This document shows positions 12,559 through 24,927 of a stretch of DNA of 64,000 bases, piece after piece. A program made the translations under genes and the position numbers. Below the pieces are notes generated by a model that saw only the letters and a program-made list of their open reading frames with translations, ran no database searches and was not told where the DNA came from. This stretch comes from Stegostoma tigrinum (lineage: Eukaryota), in the NCBI RefSeq assembly GCF_030684315.1, contig NC_081365.1, positions 18,912,062 to 18,976,061 on the forward strand, written 5' to 3'. Every line of letters starts with the position of its first letter. Positions within the stretch are counted from its first letter, which is position 1.

Positions 12559-14589
12559 GACATTAACCGCCTCAACCACTCCACCCCTCTCACCCAATCC
12601 AACCTCTCCCCTGCAGAACGGGCAGCCGTCCACACCCTCCGCTCCAACCCCAACCTCACCATCAAACCCGCAGATAAGGGTAGCGCAGTGGTAGTATGGC
12701 GCACTGACCTCTACATCGCCGAGGCCAGACGCCAACTCTCCGACACCACCTCCTACCGCCCCCTCGATCATGACCCCACACCCGAGCACCAAACCATCAT
12801 CTCCAACACCATTCATGACCTCATCACCTCAGGGGACCTCCCACCCACAGCCTCCAACCTCATTGTTCCCCACCCGCACACGGCCCGTTTCTATCTCCTT
12901 CCCAAAATCCACAAACCTGCCTGCCCTGGTCGACCCATCGTCTCAGCCTGCTCCTGCCCCACCGAACTCATCTCCACCTATCTGGACTCCATTTTCTCCC
13001 CTTTGGTCCAGGAACCCCCTACCTACGTCCGTGACACCATCCACGCCCTCGACCTCCTCCAGGACTTCCAATTCCCTGGCCCCCAACACCTCCTCTTCAC
13101 CATGGACGTCCAGTCCCTATACACCTGCATTCCGCATGCAGATGTCCTCAAGGCCCTCCGCTTCTTCCTTTCCCGCAGACCCGACCCGTCCCCCTCCACT
13201 GACACCCTCATCCGCCTAGCCGAACTCGTCCTCACCCTCAACAACTTCTCTTTTGACTCCTCCCACTTCCTACAGACTAAGGGGGTCACCATGGGCACCC
13301 GCATGGGCCCCAGCTATGCCTGCCTCTTTGTAGGTTACGTGGAACAGTCCCTCTTCCGCACCTACACAGGCCCCAAACCCCACCTCTTCCTCCGGTATAT
13401 TGATGACTGTATCGGCGCCGCCTCTTGCTCCACAGAGGAGCTCGAACAGATCATCCACTTCACCAACACCTTCCACCCCAACCTGAAGTTCACCTGGGCC
13501 ATCTCCAGCACATCCCTCACCTTCCTGGACCTCTCAGTCTCCATCTCAGGCAACCAGCTTGTAACTGATGTCCATTTCAAGCCCACCGACTCCCACAGCT
13601 ACCTAGAATACACCTCCTCCCACCCACCCTCCTGCAAAAATTCCATCCCCTATTCCCAATTCCTCCGCCTCCGCCGCATCAGCTCCCACGATAAGACATT
13701 CCACTCCCACACATCCCAGATATCCAAGTTCTTCAAGGGCCGCAACTTTCCCCCCACAGTGATCGAGAACGCCCTTGACCACATCTCCCGTATTTCCCGC
13801 AACACATCCCTCACACACCGCCCCCGCCACAACCGCCCAAAGAGGATCCCCCTCGTTCTCACACACCATCCCACCAACCTCCGGATACAACGCATCATCC
13901 TCCGACACTTCCGCCATCTACAATCCAACCCCACCACCCAAGACATTTTTCCATCCCCACCCCTGTCTGCTTTCCGGAGAGACCACTCTCTCCGTGACTC
14001 CCTTGTTCGCTCCACACTGCCCTCCAACCCCACCACACCCGGCACCTTCCCCTGCAACCGCAGGAAATGCTACACTTGCCCCCACACCTCCTCCCTCACC
14101 CCTATCCCAGGCCCCAAGATGACATTCCACATTCAGCAGAGGTTCACCTGCACATCTGCCAATGTGGTATACTGCATCCACTGTACCCGGTGTGGCTTCC
14201 TCTACATTGGGGAAGCCAAGCGGAGGCTTGGGGACCGCTTTGCAGAACACCTCCGCTCGGTTCGCAACAAACAACTGCACCTCCCAGTCGCAAACCATTT
14301 CAACTCCCCCTCCCATTCTTTAGATGGCATGTCCATCATGGGCCTCCTGCAGTGCCACAATGATTCCACCCGAAGATTGCAGGAACAGCAACTCATATTC
14401 CGCCTGGGAACCCTGCAGCCTAATGGTATTAATGTGGACTTCACCAGTTTCAAAATCTCCCCTTCCCCCACTGCATCCCTAAACCAGCCCAGTTCGTCCC
14501 CTCCCCCCACTGCACCACACAACCAGCCCAGCTCTTCCCCTCCACCCACTGCATCCCAAAACCAGTCCAACCTGTCTCTGCCTCCCTAA
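12559..14589 (+). CDS. PLE reverse transcriptase + GIY-YIG endonuclease (open frame, 5'-truncated, no native start)
   Basis: IKPADKG, LPKIHK, GRPIVS, TMDVQSLYT, MGTRMGPSYA, RYIDD, FLD; Cys linker CNRRKCYTC; VVYCIHCTRCGFLYIGE..R..EH; stop TGA at 12556-12558 upstream. Confidence 0.93.
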   Translation, partial: DINRLNHSTPLTQSNLSPAERAAVHTLRSNPNLTIKPADKGSAVVVWRTDLYIAEARRQLSDTTSYRPLDHDPTPEHQTIISNTIHDLITSGDLPPTASNLIVPHPHTARFYLLPKIHKPACPGRPIVSACSCPTELISTYLDSIFSPLVQEPPTYVRDTIHALDLLQDFQFPGPQHLLFTMDVQSLYTCIPHADVLKALRFFLSRRPDPSPSTDTLIRLAELVLTLNNFSFDSSHFLQTKGVTMGTRMGPSYACLFVGYVEQSLFRTYTGPKPHLFLRYIDDCIGAASCSTEELEQIIHFTNTFHPNLKFTWAISSTSLTFLDLSVSISGNQLVTDVHFKPTDSHSYLEYTSSHPPSCKNSIPYSQFLRLRRISSHDKTFHSHTSQISKFFKGRNFPPTVIENALDHISRISRNTSLTHRPRHNRPKRIPLVLTHHPTNLRIQRIILRHFRHLQSNPTTQDIFPSPPLSAFRRDHSLRDSLVRSTLPSNPTTPGTFPCNRRKCYTCPHTSSLTPIPGPKMTFHIQQRFTCTSANVVYCIHCTRCGFLYIGEAKRRLGDRFAEHLRSVRNKQLHLPVANHFNSPSHSLDGMSIMGLLQCHNDSTRRLQEQQLIFRLGTLQPNGINVDFTSFKISPSPTASLNQPSSSPPPTAPHNQPSSSPPPTASQNQSNLSLPP

Positions 14590-14813
14590 CCTGTTCTTCC
14601 TCTCACCCATCCCTTCCTCCCACCCCAAGCCGCACCCCCATCTACCTACTAACCTCATCCCACCTCCTTGACCTGTCCGTCTTCCCTGGACTGACCTATC
14701 CCCTCCCTACGTCCCCACCTATACTCTCTCCACCTATCTTCTTTTCTCTCCATCTTCAGTCCGCCTCCCCCTCTCTCCCTATTTATTCCAGAACCCTCAC
14801 CCCATCCCCGTCT

Positions 14814-14841
14814 CTGATGAAGGGTCTAGGCCCGAAACGTC
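14814..14841 (+). ncRNA. Minimal hammerhead ribozyme motif in PLE 3' end
   Basis: CUGAUGA-A-GGGU(CUAG)GCCC-GAAA-C-GUC; loopless palindromic ACGU stem III as in dimer-dependent minimal hammerheads of PLEs. Confidence 0.8.
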
Positions 14842-15814
14842 AGCTTTTGTGCTCCTGAGATGCTGCTTGGCCTGCTGTGTTCATCCAGCCTCACATTTTA
14901 TTATCTTGGATTCTCCAGCATCTGCAGTTCCCATTATCTCTAATGCTTATCATAAGATGGAAACTGACACCCAGATGAACTTCAGGTCCTGACATTGCAA
15001 CCACATGATTCTCATTTACAATAGCTTAATTAACCAAGAGGCACCTTGGCATTCAATTAGAGGCACCAAGTTCTCCCAGAAGCTGGGAGCTGACTGCCTG
15101 AACAGGTGACAAACGCAGATTAAAGCTTTTATCAAGGCTTCCTTTTGGAGGAGGCAGCTCATCAGAAGGCCAGGAGCTGAAAAGCAAAATAAAATCGATC
15201 CTAACGAATTTAAGGTAATGTGCTGGGTCTGGCACCAGCTGTGAAAAAAGAAAGTAAACGTCACAGCAACAAATTTAATGGTATCAAAAACTGAGACAAA
15301 ACAGTATTCTCATGCTCTTTTATCTCTCCTTTCACTTGCTAAAGTAGTCATTAGAAGCTTGAGCTCGAATCAAGAGTAATTATTTGGCTTTCATGTTTGA
15401 TCTGCCATTCAAAATGGTTATAGAATATATGATTTGTGACTTTATTTCCACATTCCTGCCTACCTACAATAACTTTAGACTCCCTTAATGATGGGAAATG
15501 TTTTTTACAACAGGGGCCCTCGAGTGTCTCACTTTGTGTAAGTGTTAATAATAAAAGCTGTCAAGGAATTCATCAGGAAATTTCTATATGTAGTTGCATA
15601 TGCACAGACACACTTTGCTAGTACAGCATTGTTTAAATGATCAGATTACGGAATTTTAGCAATTTCTTCCCTTGCCCAGGCTCTCGAAGTATCAATGAAT
15701 TTACATTTCTGTCCCAAGAAAATATCTGCAAAGTTCCAAAGAAATTCAGCAAGTGTTTTCTGTACTTTTTAAATTTAATTAAATTGGGAAACAAAAGAAA
15801 ACTTTGTCACTTAC

Positions 15815-15885
15815 CAACACTGAACGAGGAGCAAATCATTGGAGAACATGGCCTTGAGCGTTCTGTAAACTTCAATGGCTGATTC
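15815..15885 (-). CDS. BRWD1: BRWD1 coding exon 10 (NQPLKFTERSRPCSPMICSSFSV)
   Basis: tataag| acceptor, G|GTAAGT donor, 71 nt, keeps frame. Confidence 0.93.
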
Positions 15886-16169
15886 CTTATACAAAGGCAG
15901 GTAATATTGGGTAACACATTAAAACAATAAGAAATTGCTTTAAAGAGAACACCATTGTTCACTGACTGAATTCTACCACTACTTCAGTTTTTAATTTATG
16001 ATTTATATGCCAGTGAGACAATCCAGGCTTAGCACTATGATTGTTATCAATCATATTCAATGGTCACCTAGAGTACTTTGCATAGTTGTGGACGCCAACA
16101 GAAAAAGATGTGAATGCACTAAAGAGAGTGCAGAAACAATTTATGAGAGTGGTTGTATAGATGAGAAAC

Positions 16170-16580
16170 TTCTGTTATAAGGATAGATTAAAGAAGTTGG
16201 AATTGTTCTCCTTTGAGAGAAGGTGGCTAAGAGGAGATCTAATGAGCAAGCTAGAGTGAATAGGGAGAAACTGTTCGGTCTTGTAAAAATAAAGACAATA
16301 GAGTATAGATTTAAAGTCGTCTGCAAAAGGAGCAAAAGTGAAATGAGGAAAAACTTTATTTACACAGTGAATAGTTAGGATATGAAATGCACCGCCTGGA
16401 AATGTGGTAAGGCAAGTTCAATTGAGCCATTCAAGCTGGCACTAGATCAGTATGTGGATAATAAATAATGTGTATGGGGAAAACGCAGGAGAGAGTGGTA
16501 CTAGGTATTGTTGCTCATTTAACACGCCTTTGCAGATGATGTGAGCTGAATGGCCCCCTTCTGTGTCGTAACAATTCAGT
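16170..16580 (+). mobile_element. CR1 LINE 3' fragment
   Basis: Degenerate LELFSFEK..LRGDL region and CR1-type tail as in other copies. Confidence 0.6.
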
Positions 16581-17622
16581 GGTCCTGAGAGGTAACAGTG
16601 ACAGTATTTACAGTGTTCACAATTACTCCAACTTATATTTGAGTTAGGAACCTGATAATATGAAGAATAATGCAGAACACAAGTTGCTGTGAGAGGGACA
16701 ATTGTCCAAAGGGCGCACTGTTGAAATCACTCCAAACTGCAATTAATTATAAATCAAAACTGCAACAGTAGTAGACTCGCCAACTTTAAGGTCATTTAAA
16801 TGGTCACTGGATAAACATATGGATGATAATGGAATAGTGTAAGTTAGACGGGCTTCAGTTTGGTTTCATAGGTCCACGCAACATCGAGGGCCGGAGGGCC
16901 TGTACTGCGCTGTAATGGTCGATGTTCTATGAAAGAATTGCCGTTCATACGCTCAGACTCATAATAAAAAGCCCGTCAGAGTACAAAATTAACATTTTCC
17001 GCTGAACACCCTCAGCAAGCCAGAAAAACTAACTTTACATTTATGGCAAGTCAAATTTTTCTACATCGCTAAATATTACTTGCTTTGTTTAAATATATTC
17101 ACATTTAAGCTCCAGTATTAATCGAACCAATCATGTTTCACTATCATAATAAAAGTGAAGTAATTCAATGTTTTTAAAATCTAGCCCAATACATTGGCAC
17201 CAATGTATCATGACAAGTTACTTTAGCATGTGCTCACACAATCTTTTGAACTTTAGATGTGGCAAAACTACTACTACAAAGCTCACAGATGTCATCCTAT
17301 ATCTTAGCTATGAAGCTGAATGGAAAACATCTACTTTTTTATAACAAATTTTGAATAACAGAACATTTTTACAAGTTAGGCAAATAAAAGATTAATTTTT
17401 AAAAAAGGAATGGAAAGTCCATGCTTCCTAATAGGCAAAAATTAAAGTTTAAAAGTTACAACAGTAGAACTTCCTTCACAAACGTTATGTGCATTCTTAA
17501 TAGAACAATTCCGAAACCAGTACTTTGCAATTTTATTTCTGTAGTTAAAGGATTTACAAGAAGCAACTGCAAATATAGTTTCACGTAAGTGTTTTCACTG
17601 AGCAATATTTGTGAAAACTTAC

Positions 17623-17723
17623 TTGAACTTCAGGGTATTTGGATCCCACTGCCAAAAGCAAACACTCCCATCAGATCCTGTGGAAGCCATGTATCGGACT
17701 GAACCTTTACCCATCGGACTAAA
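17623..17723 (-). CDS. BRWD1: BRWD1 coding exon 9 ([33 protein letters not shown])
   Basis: tttag| acceptor, AA|GTAAGT donor, 101 nt. Confidence 0.96.
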
Positions 17724-18629
17724 CTAAAATAATTGCAGAAAGAGGCAAAATACCAGTACCATTAAATTTTCAATCACGTTTTTAAAATCTACAATAGAAA
17801 TTGATCTGTCAAGCAAAAATAAACTTCCTTTCATTATTTATTATTGAACATAAGAGTCATATAAATGTTCTTAACTAGGCTCAAATAAAACAGTTCAATT
17901 AAATTTCCAATTTTGTTTGAAGATAGCTGCATTCAATAACATTGAAGTACACGAAAACAGACTAAATACAAATAATGTCTGGCCTTAAAAATAATTATGC
18001 TAACAGCTGTACTGTGGTCAGAGATCAGTTTAAAAAGTGTGCACACACACGTAGACACTATATTTAAAACACAGGCAGAATACCTTCACTGTCAATTAGC
18101 TTTCTGAATTGATTCAGCAGAATCAGAATGGTATTTATAAGAAATCAAAGTTTTAAACACAAATAATGTACTCTTTGCATCACTGCAAGGCAGAATTTAA
18201 CTCGTGTTAATTTGGTGATATCAATATTTACTAGCTCAGGTCAATAAAGCAACATTTCCACAATTTTGCTATCAATATATCAAAAATCTTGAATACAACA
18301 AAGTGCAATGGCTGAATTAGAGTTAAAATCTGTAAGGACATAAATAAGCACAGATTACACATCCAGGCAATTCCTGATTTTCAAACGTCTGACTCATAAA
18401 TCCCTTTAGTTCTGAATGAGATCCCATGCAGAACTGTATTAATAAAGATTCAACATGCGACTATATGCCTTTATTTACAAACAGCTATTTTATACCATTC
18501 TGTATTATGCTCTGACTTGTGTATGAATCAACTTAGGAACATAATCAAGAACGTAACTCATTTGTAACCTACGGACTGCCTAAATAAGCAAGCACATTTA
18601 CACCAACTAAAGTTGCATAATTTTACCTA

Positions 18630-18911
<282 letters not shown>

Positions 18912-19142
18912 TCAAACCCTCCTGAATATAACATTACTAAATTCTCCATCCTTGAAATACACATCTATGTCCTGAAGAATTTTAATCTACTGCAGCAATC
19001 TAAATTATTGAAATAACGTATTTGAAATTAATTCAACTTTGTGAGGTAGAAATTGAAGCAGGACATGAAACATTTGACAAACATAATTTCTTCAAAATTC
19101 AATGTATTTATAAACATGGTGTTCAAATCAAACTTTAGCTCA

Positions 19143-19330
19143 TGAGATGGTGATGGTCTACTGGTATTATTGCTAGACTACTAATCTAGAGACTAGATAA
19201 CACTCTGGGATCCAGGTTCAAATCCTACCATGGCAAATGGTGTCTTTTGAGTGCAATAAAAATCTGGAATTTAGAGTCTAATGACAAATTAAACCTTTGT
19301 TGATTGTCTGGAAAATCCCATCTTGTTCAT
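19143..19330 (+). mobile_element. tRNA-derived DeuSINE-like (SacSINE1-like) fragment
   Basis: A/B-box head (tggtctactgg...ggttcaaatcc); homologous to 24370-24750 and 42478-42815. Confidence 0.6.
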
Positions 19331-20866
19331 TTTTTAAAAAGGACAAAATTATAGATTATACTGATGTCCAAAAAGTCAGTTTGCAGGGCAAGATTTAAAG
19401 ATGATTTAGTCAACAAGAAATCTCACAACTTAAAAGGGTCTGGGCTTGAATGTCAATTTCAGATGTTCAGAGATTCTCTTTATTAGGTATTATGGACATA
19501 TCTCCTGAAATACTCTCCCAAATAACAGACACAAGAGAAACTGGGCAGAATTCAGAAGTTAAGTTAAGGATGCACAAGTGGTATCTGTTCAAAACAAAAG
19601 TGAGACAAGGTTTAGGACAACTACTCAAATTTAAATATAAATTTCATCAACTAAATCACAGAATCATAGAATGAATTTAAAATAGTAGATGGCATTTAGT
19701 TCCTTGTGTCTGTGCCAGTTCTCTGTAGTAATTACTCAGCTAGCCCCACTCTAAAAACCCTGCATGTGTTTTCATGTGAACTTAAGGTGCAGAGGTATTG
19801 GCAAAAGGCAGGAAATTGGTGTGAGGTAATAGAACCAGTGCAGATATCATGGGCCAAATGGCCTTCTTCTGCACAGTAATAACTCAGTGATTCATGGAGA
19901 AAATGCAAAAGTTGGCCATTTGACTCTCAGTCCCGATTATTCATTCAATAATGTTATGACTAATTTGAATGCGGCCTGAACTCCACTTTCTTGCCTGCAC
20001 ATCCTTACCCAATTAAAGTTCCACTTCTTCATGCATAACAAAAGAAGCTGTCAAATTCTGTCCTAAGTATTCAATGAGTACTGTTCTGACAGAAAAAATT
20101 CAAGGATTAACAATCCTCACAGAAGAAATTTCTCCTTCTCAGTGCTGAGTGGGACTTATCTCTAAATTGCACCATGTGGGGTAACAACCCCCTTCAAATC
20201 TATCCTCTCAAGGCTCCTCAGAGTTTTGTGTTTTAATATCATTCCTTTCTTCTAAACTCTGCTGAGTATAGTTTGAACCTAAATCTTTCTTCAGAGCGCA
20301 ATGCTTTTATCCCAAAAATCAAAACAATAATCTTTGTCTGAGATCTCCAAAGCAGTATTTCTTGATTTAAATAAAGATTCTGTGAGGACAGATATTGAAC
20401 TATCTTTCACTAGACAATTGACAGTCCACATCAGTAAAGGAAGTAGTACAGGGAGAAACTTAGTAAACTGACAAACTACAGGACTCTCTGCTGGCATCAA
20501 TACTGTTCAACATATACACAAGTGACTTAGCAATAATTATGTTTTGCAAATTCATTTATCTTGATGGCATCTGTTGTGCCACCCAAACTCCAGCCTTCTG
20601 CATCCTGGACAAGATCCTTAAATATATTACAAAGGTTGTTGAATCACTGCAGCATATGGCATCTCACACTGGCTCCTCTAATATCATATCCTGTGTATTC
20701 CAATTCCACAATGCCTGTGCCAAAATGAACCGCATACCTACATGGAGACGAGTACAGACTAAAGCATTATCTCAACCCTATATACTTAAGAATGTCTCTG
20801 AAGGAGACTTTGTTCTTCCAGAAGCATCAGGAGAAAACAGTAAAGATCAAAACCAGAAGCTAATTC

Positions 20867-23418
20867 TGTGACTGGTTTGTTAGTTCACAGACATTTCATT
20901 ATCCTGCTGGGTAACACCATCAGTGCAGCCTCTGATGAAGTGCTGTTGTATTTCCCACTTGGTATTTAAACTCTGGGGTATGCTGGATTTGATTACCTCA
21001 TTTCCGGTTTTCCTTCGTAGCGGTGTATATGTAGGGTCCAGTTCTATGTGTTTGTTGATGTCCTTCTTAGTGGAGAACCGGGCCTCTAGGAATTCCTGTG
21101 CCTGTCTCCATTTGGCGTCCTAGGATCCTGGTGTTGTCCCAATCAAACTGGTGGTTCTCCTTATCCATGTGGATGGAGGTGAGTGAGTATTAGTCATTTT
21201 TTTGTTGCTAGTTGGTGTTCACGTACTCCTGCGGTTAAATTTTCTTCCTGTCTGTTCAATGTAATGTTTGATGCAGTCCCTGCATGGAATTTTGTACATT
21301 ACTTTGGTTCTGTCCATACTGGAAAAGGGGTCTTTGGTTTGAGTTTGCAGTTGGCGCTGGGCTGACATAAGTTTGTGTGCCACTCTGATGCCCAATGGTC
21401 GTAGGAGTCTTGTGGTCAGTGTGGATATACGGTAGGGTCATGAGTGTGTTAGGCCATGCAGTATCTTCCTGTTGCTGTTCATGAGATGGGTATCGACGGA
21501 CCCTATTGTTGGGGTATCTGTTGTCCTTGAATACTTTGCGGGGGTACTCTTCTTTTTGGTGTTCTTTCGGGTTGCTACAGTGCTTTTTGTTGCTTTTTTA
21601 AATTGTGTTTTGACGCAACTTAGTTTGTGGGTGTTGGGGTGGTTACTGTTGAAATTCGGGACACATCCATGTGCGTGGCTTTTCTGTGCACCTTTGTTAG
21701 AAATTCTCAAATGGCCCTGCATTCTACCATGACATCCAGGAACACTGCTGCTCTTTCGTTCTTCTTTGGTGAATTTGATAATTTGATGCCAGTGAGAGTG
21801 TTATTTATTAGTTGGTGTGTCTCCTCTAGTTTGGTCCATTTGATAAGGACAAAATGGTCATCATCGTATCAGATCCATGGTTCAGGCTGGATCTACAGAA
21901 GGGCCATGTTTTCGAGTCTCTGCATCACCACTTCTGCTATTATTCCAGAAACAGATGATCCCATGGGTATCTCATTGATCTGTTCACAGATTTAGCCATG
22001 AAAAGTAAAGTGGGTCATAAGGCATAGGTCCAGTAGTTTCAGCTTGTCGTCTGCGGAAATGGTGTCATTCAGGTCTCCTTCTTTTAGTAGTGTTGCTGTG
22101 TTTCTTTTGCCAGTGGTGTGTCAATCGACGTGATAGGAGCAGTGATGTCAAATGACACCATGGTTTCATCAGTGTCTATCCTTAGGTCCTTGAAGGATTT
22201 GAGGGATTCCTGGGCTGAGTGCATTGAGTGGGGTGACTTGCTGACGAGGTGCTTTAGTCTTTGTTGCAATTCCTTGGCTAACCTGTGTGTTGGTTCCCTG
22301 CTAGGGAGACTATGGATCTGAGGGGTACTTCCAGTGTACTTTTGGGAGCCGCAGAATCGGGGGAGTCTGTTCCTGTTGCTTTCATTTTTGGGTAGTCCAT
22401 TTTGATGATCTGTCCGATCTGTTCAAGTCTCTTAAGAATGTTAATTACTTTATGACCCAGTTATAGGATCAGGTCCATTTGCACTTGCCAGAATGTGTTC
22501 GTGCCTCCTGGTAATGTCTGTGCTGTAGTGAGGTAATCCGTATGTTTAGTATTACCGTCATGTGTCCTTTGTCTGCTGGTTGTAAATGATGTTTTTGTCT
22601 TATTTCAGTCCTTCTAGGGCCTTCCTTTCAGATAGTGTTGTGAGTGTCAAGTTCTTTCCTTCTGATCAGTATCCATGCCGCTGTCTGTCTTGTGGCTTGT
22701 TGTGTTTCCTCATTGATGCTGTTGGTCTTCAGTATGGCTTCTAGTGCGGCTAGGAATTCTGCCTTGTTAGCATTTCTATGGTTGCAGTCGAGTCCATGTA
22801 TTAGAACAGCTTTGTCTGTGTGTGTTAGTTTCCTGTCTGAAAGCTTTCTTATCCAAGTGTCCGACCTATGGTTGTCCTTTTGATGAGATAGTTTAGCTAA
22901 TTTTTCTTGTAGGATCTGTCTTTTCTTCGTTCTTGTTATCTATTGACGGACATTAATGACTCATTCTAGGGCTACTGTCCAGCCTGGGTTGGTATGGTTT
23001 AGGATTAATGTTTTTTGATGTGTACCTTCTCGGTCATATCTAAGGAGCTGGCTGTGTGCGTCATTGATCACTACCTCCACCATTCTGCAGCAATTATGTT
23101 CTGCCATCCTATGTGCATGTGGGTTGGTGATGGGGGAGTGATTTGTATCTCACATTGTGTGGTAATACATGGTTCCTGAGGCATCCATGTAGGAAGTAGA
23201 GTTCCTTGCACGTAGTGGTCTGTTGTTTGATGTAGTTTTCCCATTTCTGGGCCAATTTGAGTGTACTTCGTCTGTAGATTCCTAAGGTTCTTGAGTAGAA
23301 TTGTAGCTTGAGTTATGGATGCTGTAGTTAGTTCGCAAATATTTCATTATCCTGCTGAGTAACTTCATCTAACCACAGCATCCACAACCCGAGCTACACA
23401 TTTACTCATGAACCTTAG
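20867..23418 (-). mobile_element. Degenerate full-length Poseidon/Penelope-type PLE (family D)
   Basis: Remnants MVSFDITAPITSID, PMGSSVSGIIAE, NSNHPNTHK, TLPYI, HQFDWDNTRIL; direct repeat 20879-20921 / 23327-23369 containing a hammerhead-like motif; inverted repeat 23282-23331 / 23369-23418; TSD agaagctaattc at 20855-20866 and 23419-23430. Confidence 0.88.
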
Positions 23419-23815
23419 AGAAGCTAATTCCAGGAATGTTGAGAGTGGCATATGAGGAGATTGACTAGGTTGGGATTATTTTCGCTAGAGTTCATACGAA
23501 TGAGGGGGAATCTCAGAGACTTGTAAAATTCTAACAGGGCTGGACAGGGTAGGCACAGGGAAAATGTTCCCGATGGTGGGTGTGTCCAGAACCAGTAGTC
23601 ACACTATGAGGATTCAGGGTAGATGATTTAAGATGGAGGCGAGGAGACATTTCTTCACCCAAAAAGAGTGGCGAGTCTGTGAAATTCATTACATCAGGAA
23701 GGAGTTGATGCCAAACACTGAATGTATTCAAGAGGTGACAAGATATAGCACTTGGGACAAATGAAAGCAAAGGTTCTGGGGAGAAAGCAGGATTAGGCTA
23801 TTGAGTTGGACGGTC
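23419..23815 (+). mobile_element. CR1 LINE 3' fragment (target of family D PLE)
   Basis: CR1 C-terminal remnant and tail. Confidence 0.65.
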
Positions 23816-24369
23816 AGCAACTGCTATTGCAACACTCTAGATGCAAGTACTTGCCCTCTCATACTGTGTCAATGGTGTGCACTCAGCTGGCACAGGATAT
23901 CACACACATCTTGTTGTTGCATTCACTTGGAGTGTCAATGTACGTAAATGAATGTTCAAGAAGCTCCCCATTCACCCTCTCTCCCTCCCCTGGCTTACTG
24001 TCCTTGTAAACATCACTTCACACAACTGACAAAAACCGACAAGCTGGTTGAAACCATTCATGCTGTATCTTACTTAATACTAAATACTAATATGTTCAAT
24101 CAACTTACTGTCTGCCTTCTATCTTCTTATCCATCAATTACACATGAATACAAGAAGAAAAAAAACTGTTTAGCTTTTAAGGAGCCATTCAAATGACTAT
24201 CATAATGTTTTAGTAAAGTGAAGTACTGGTGTGAATTGGTAGAATTTATTTTTTATGAAAAATCTCAAGTATTAAGCTACTCTGGAGTTAAAATTATCAT
24301 ACTGACTTAAATCACCTAAACCACTAGGGAAACTAACCATTCAAAATCTTAACTTCAAGATTCAACCAT

Positions 24370-24750
24370 TGTGTTGTTCTGTGACTGGACTGGTAATCCA
24401 AAAGCCCAGACTAATGCTCTTAAGAAGTTGGTTCAAATCCCAGCATTGCAGCTGGTAGAATTTGAATTCAGTTAGTTGATCTCACGAATAAAGCTATGTT
24501 GGTGACCATGAAGTTGCTGTTGGTTGCTATATTTTTTTTTTAAAATCTGATATGTTAATGCCCTTAAGGAAGGAAATGTGGCATCATTACCTGATCTGAC
24601 CCATATGCAACTCTACAACCGTAGCTCTGTGGTTGACTCTTAACTGCCTTTCTGAAATGTACTCGGAAGCCACTTTCTTCAAGTACAATTAGAGATGGAC
24701 AACTAATGCTGGCCTTGCCAATGATACCCATATCCCATGAAAGAACAATT
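24370..24750 (+). mobile_element. DeuSINE-like SINE
   Basis: tRNA-like head, ggaaggaaatgtggcatcattacctgatctgacc core, LINE-derived tail. Confidence 0.65.
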
Positions 24751-24779
24751 TTTAAAAAAGCACTTTTATACAACAGCAG

Positions 24780-24891
24780 AGATAATGGGAACTGCAGATG
24801 CTGGAGAATCCAAGATAACCAAGTGTGAAGCTGGATGAACACAGCAGGCCAAGCAGCATCTCAGGAGCTCAAAACGTCAGCTTTTGTGCTC
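24780..24891. mobile_element. Miniature two-armed PLE (family A)
   Basis: TSD tttat(a/g)caacagcag at 24765-24779 and 24892-24906. Confidence 0.85.
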
Positions 24892-24927
24892 TTTATGCAA
24901 CAGCAGTTGACTGAATAAAGTTCAATC

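Larger units (their letters stand above)
11773..14941 (+). mobile_element. Young Neptune-type Penelope-like element (family A), 5'-truncated with inverted 3'-end copy
   Basis: 11775-12519 is the reverse complement of 14163-14907; 34-nt tail 14908-14941 only on the right; TSD aatgcttatc at 11763-11772 and 14942-14951. Confidence 0.95.

Noticed and set aside
12093-14570. Many overlapping ORFs (203, 153, 149, 135 aa etc.)
   Set aside because: Alternative-frame or antisense shadows of the C-rich PLE and its inverted arm
15159-15165. CUGAUGA on minus strand as hammerhead or C/D snoRNA box
   Set aside because: No downstream stem II-GAAA arrangement or convincing D box with terminal stem
19143-19240. 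tRNA gene
   Set aside because: Degenerate tRNA-derived SINE head without cloverleaf or terminator
20539-20871. 110-aa ORF or processed pseudogene
   Set aside because: No recognisable homology, poly(A) or TSD
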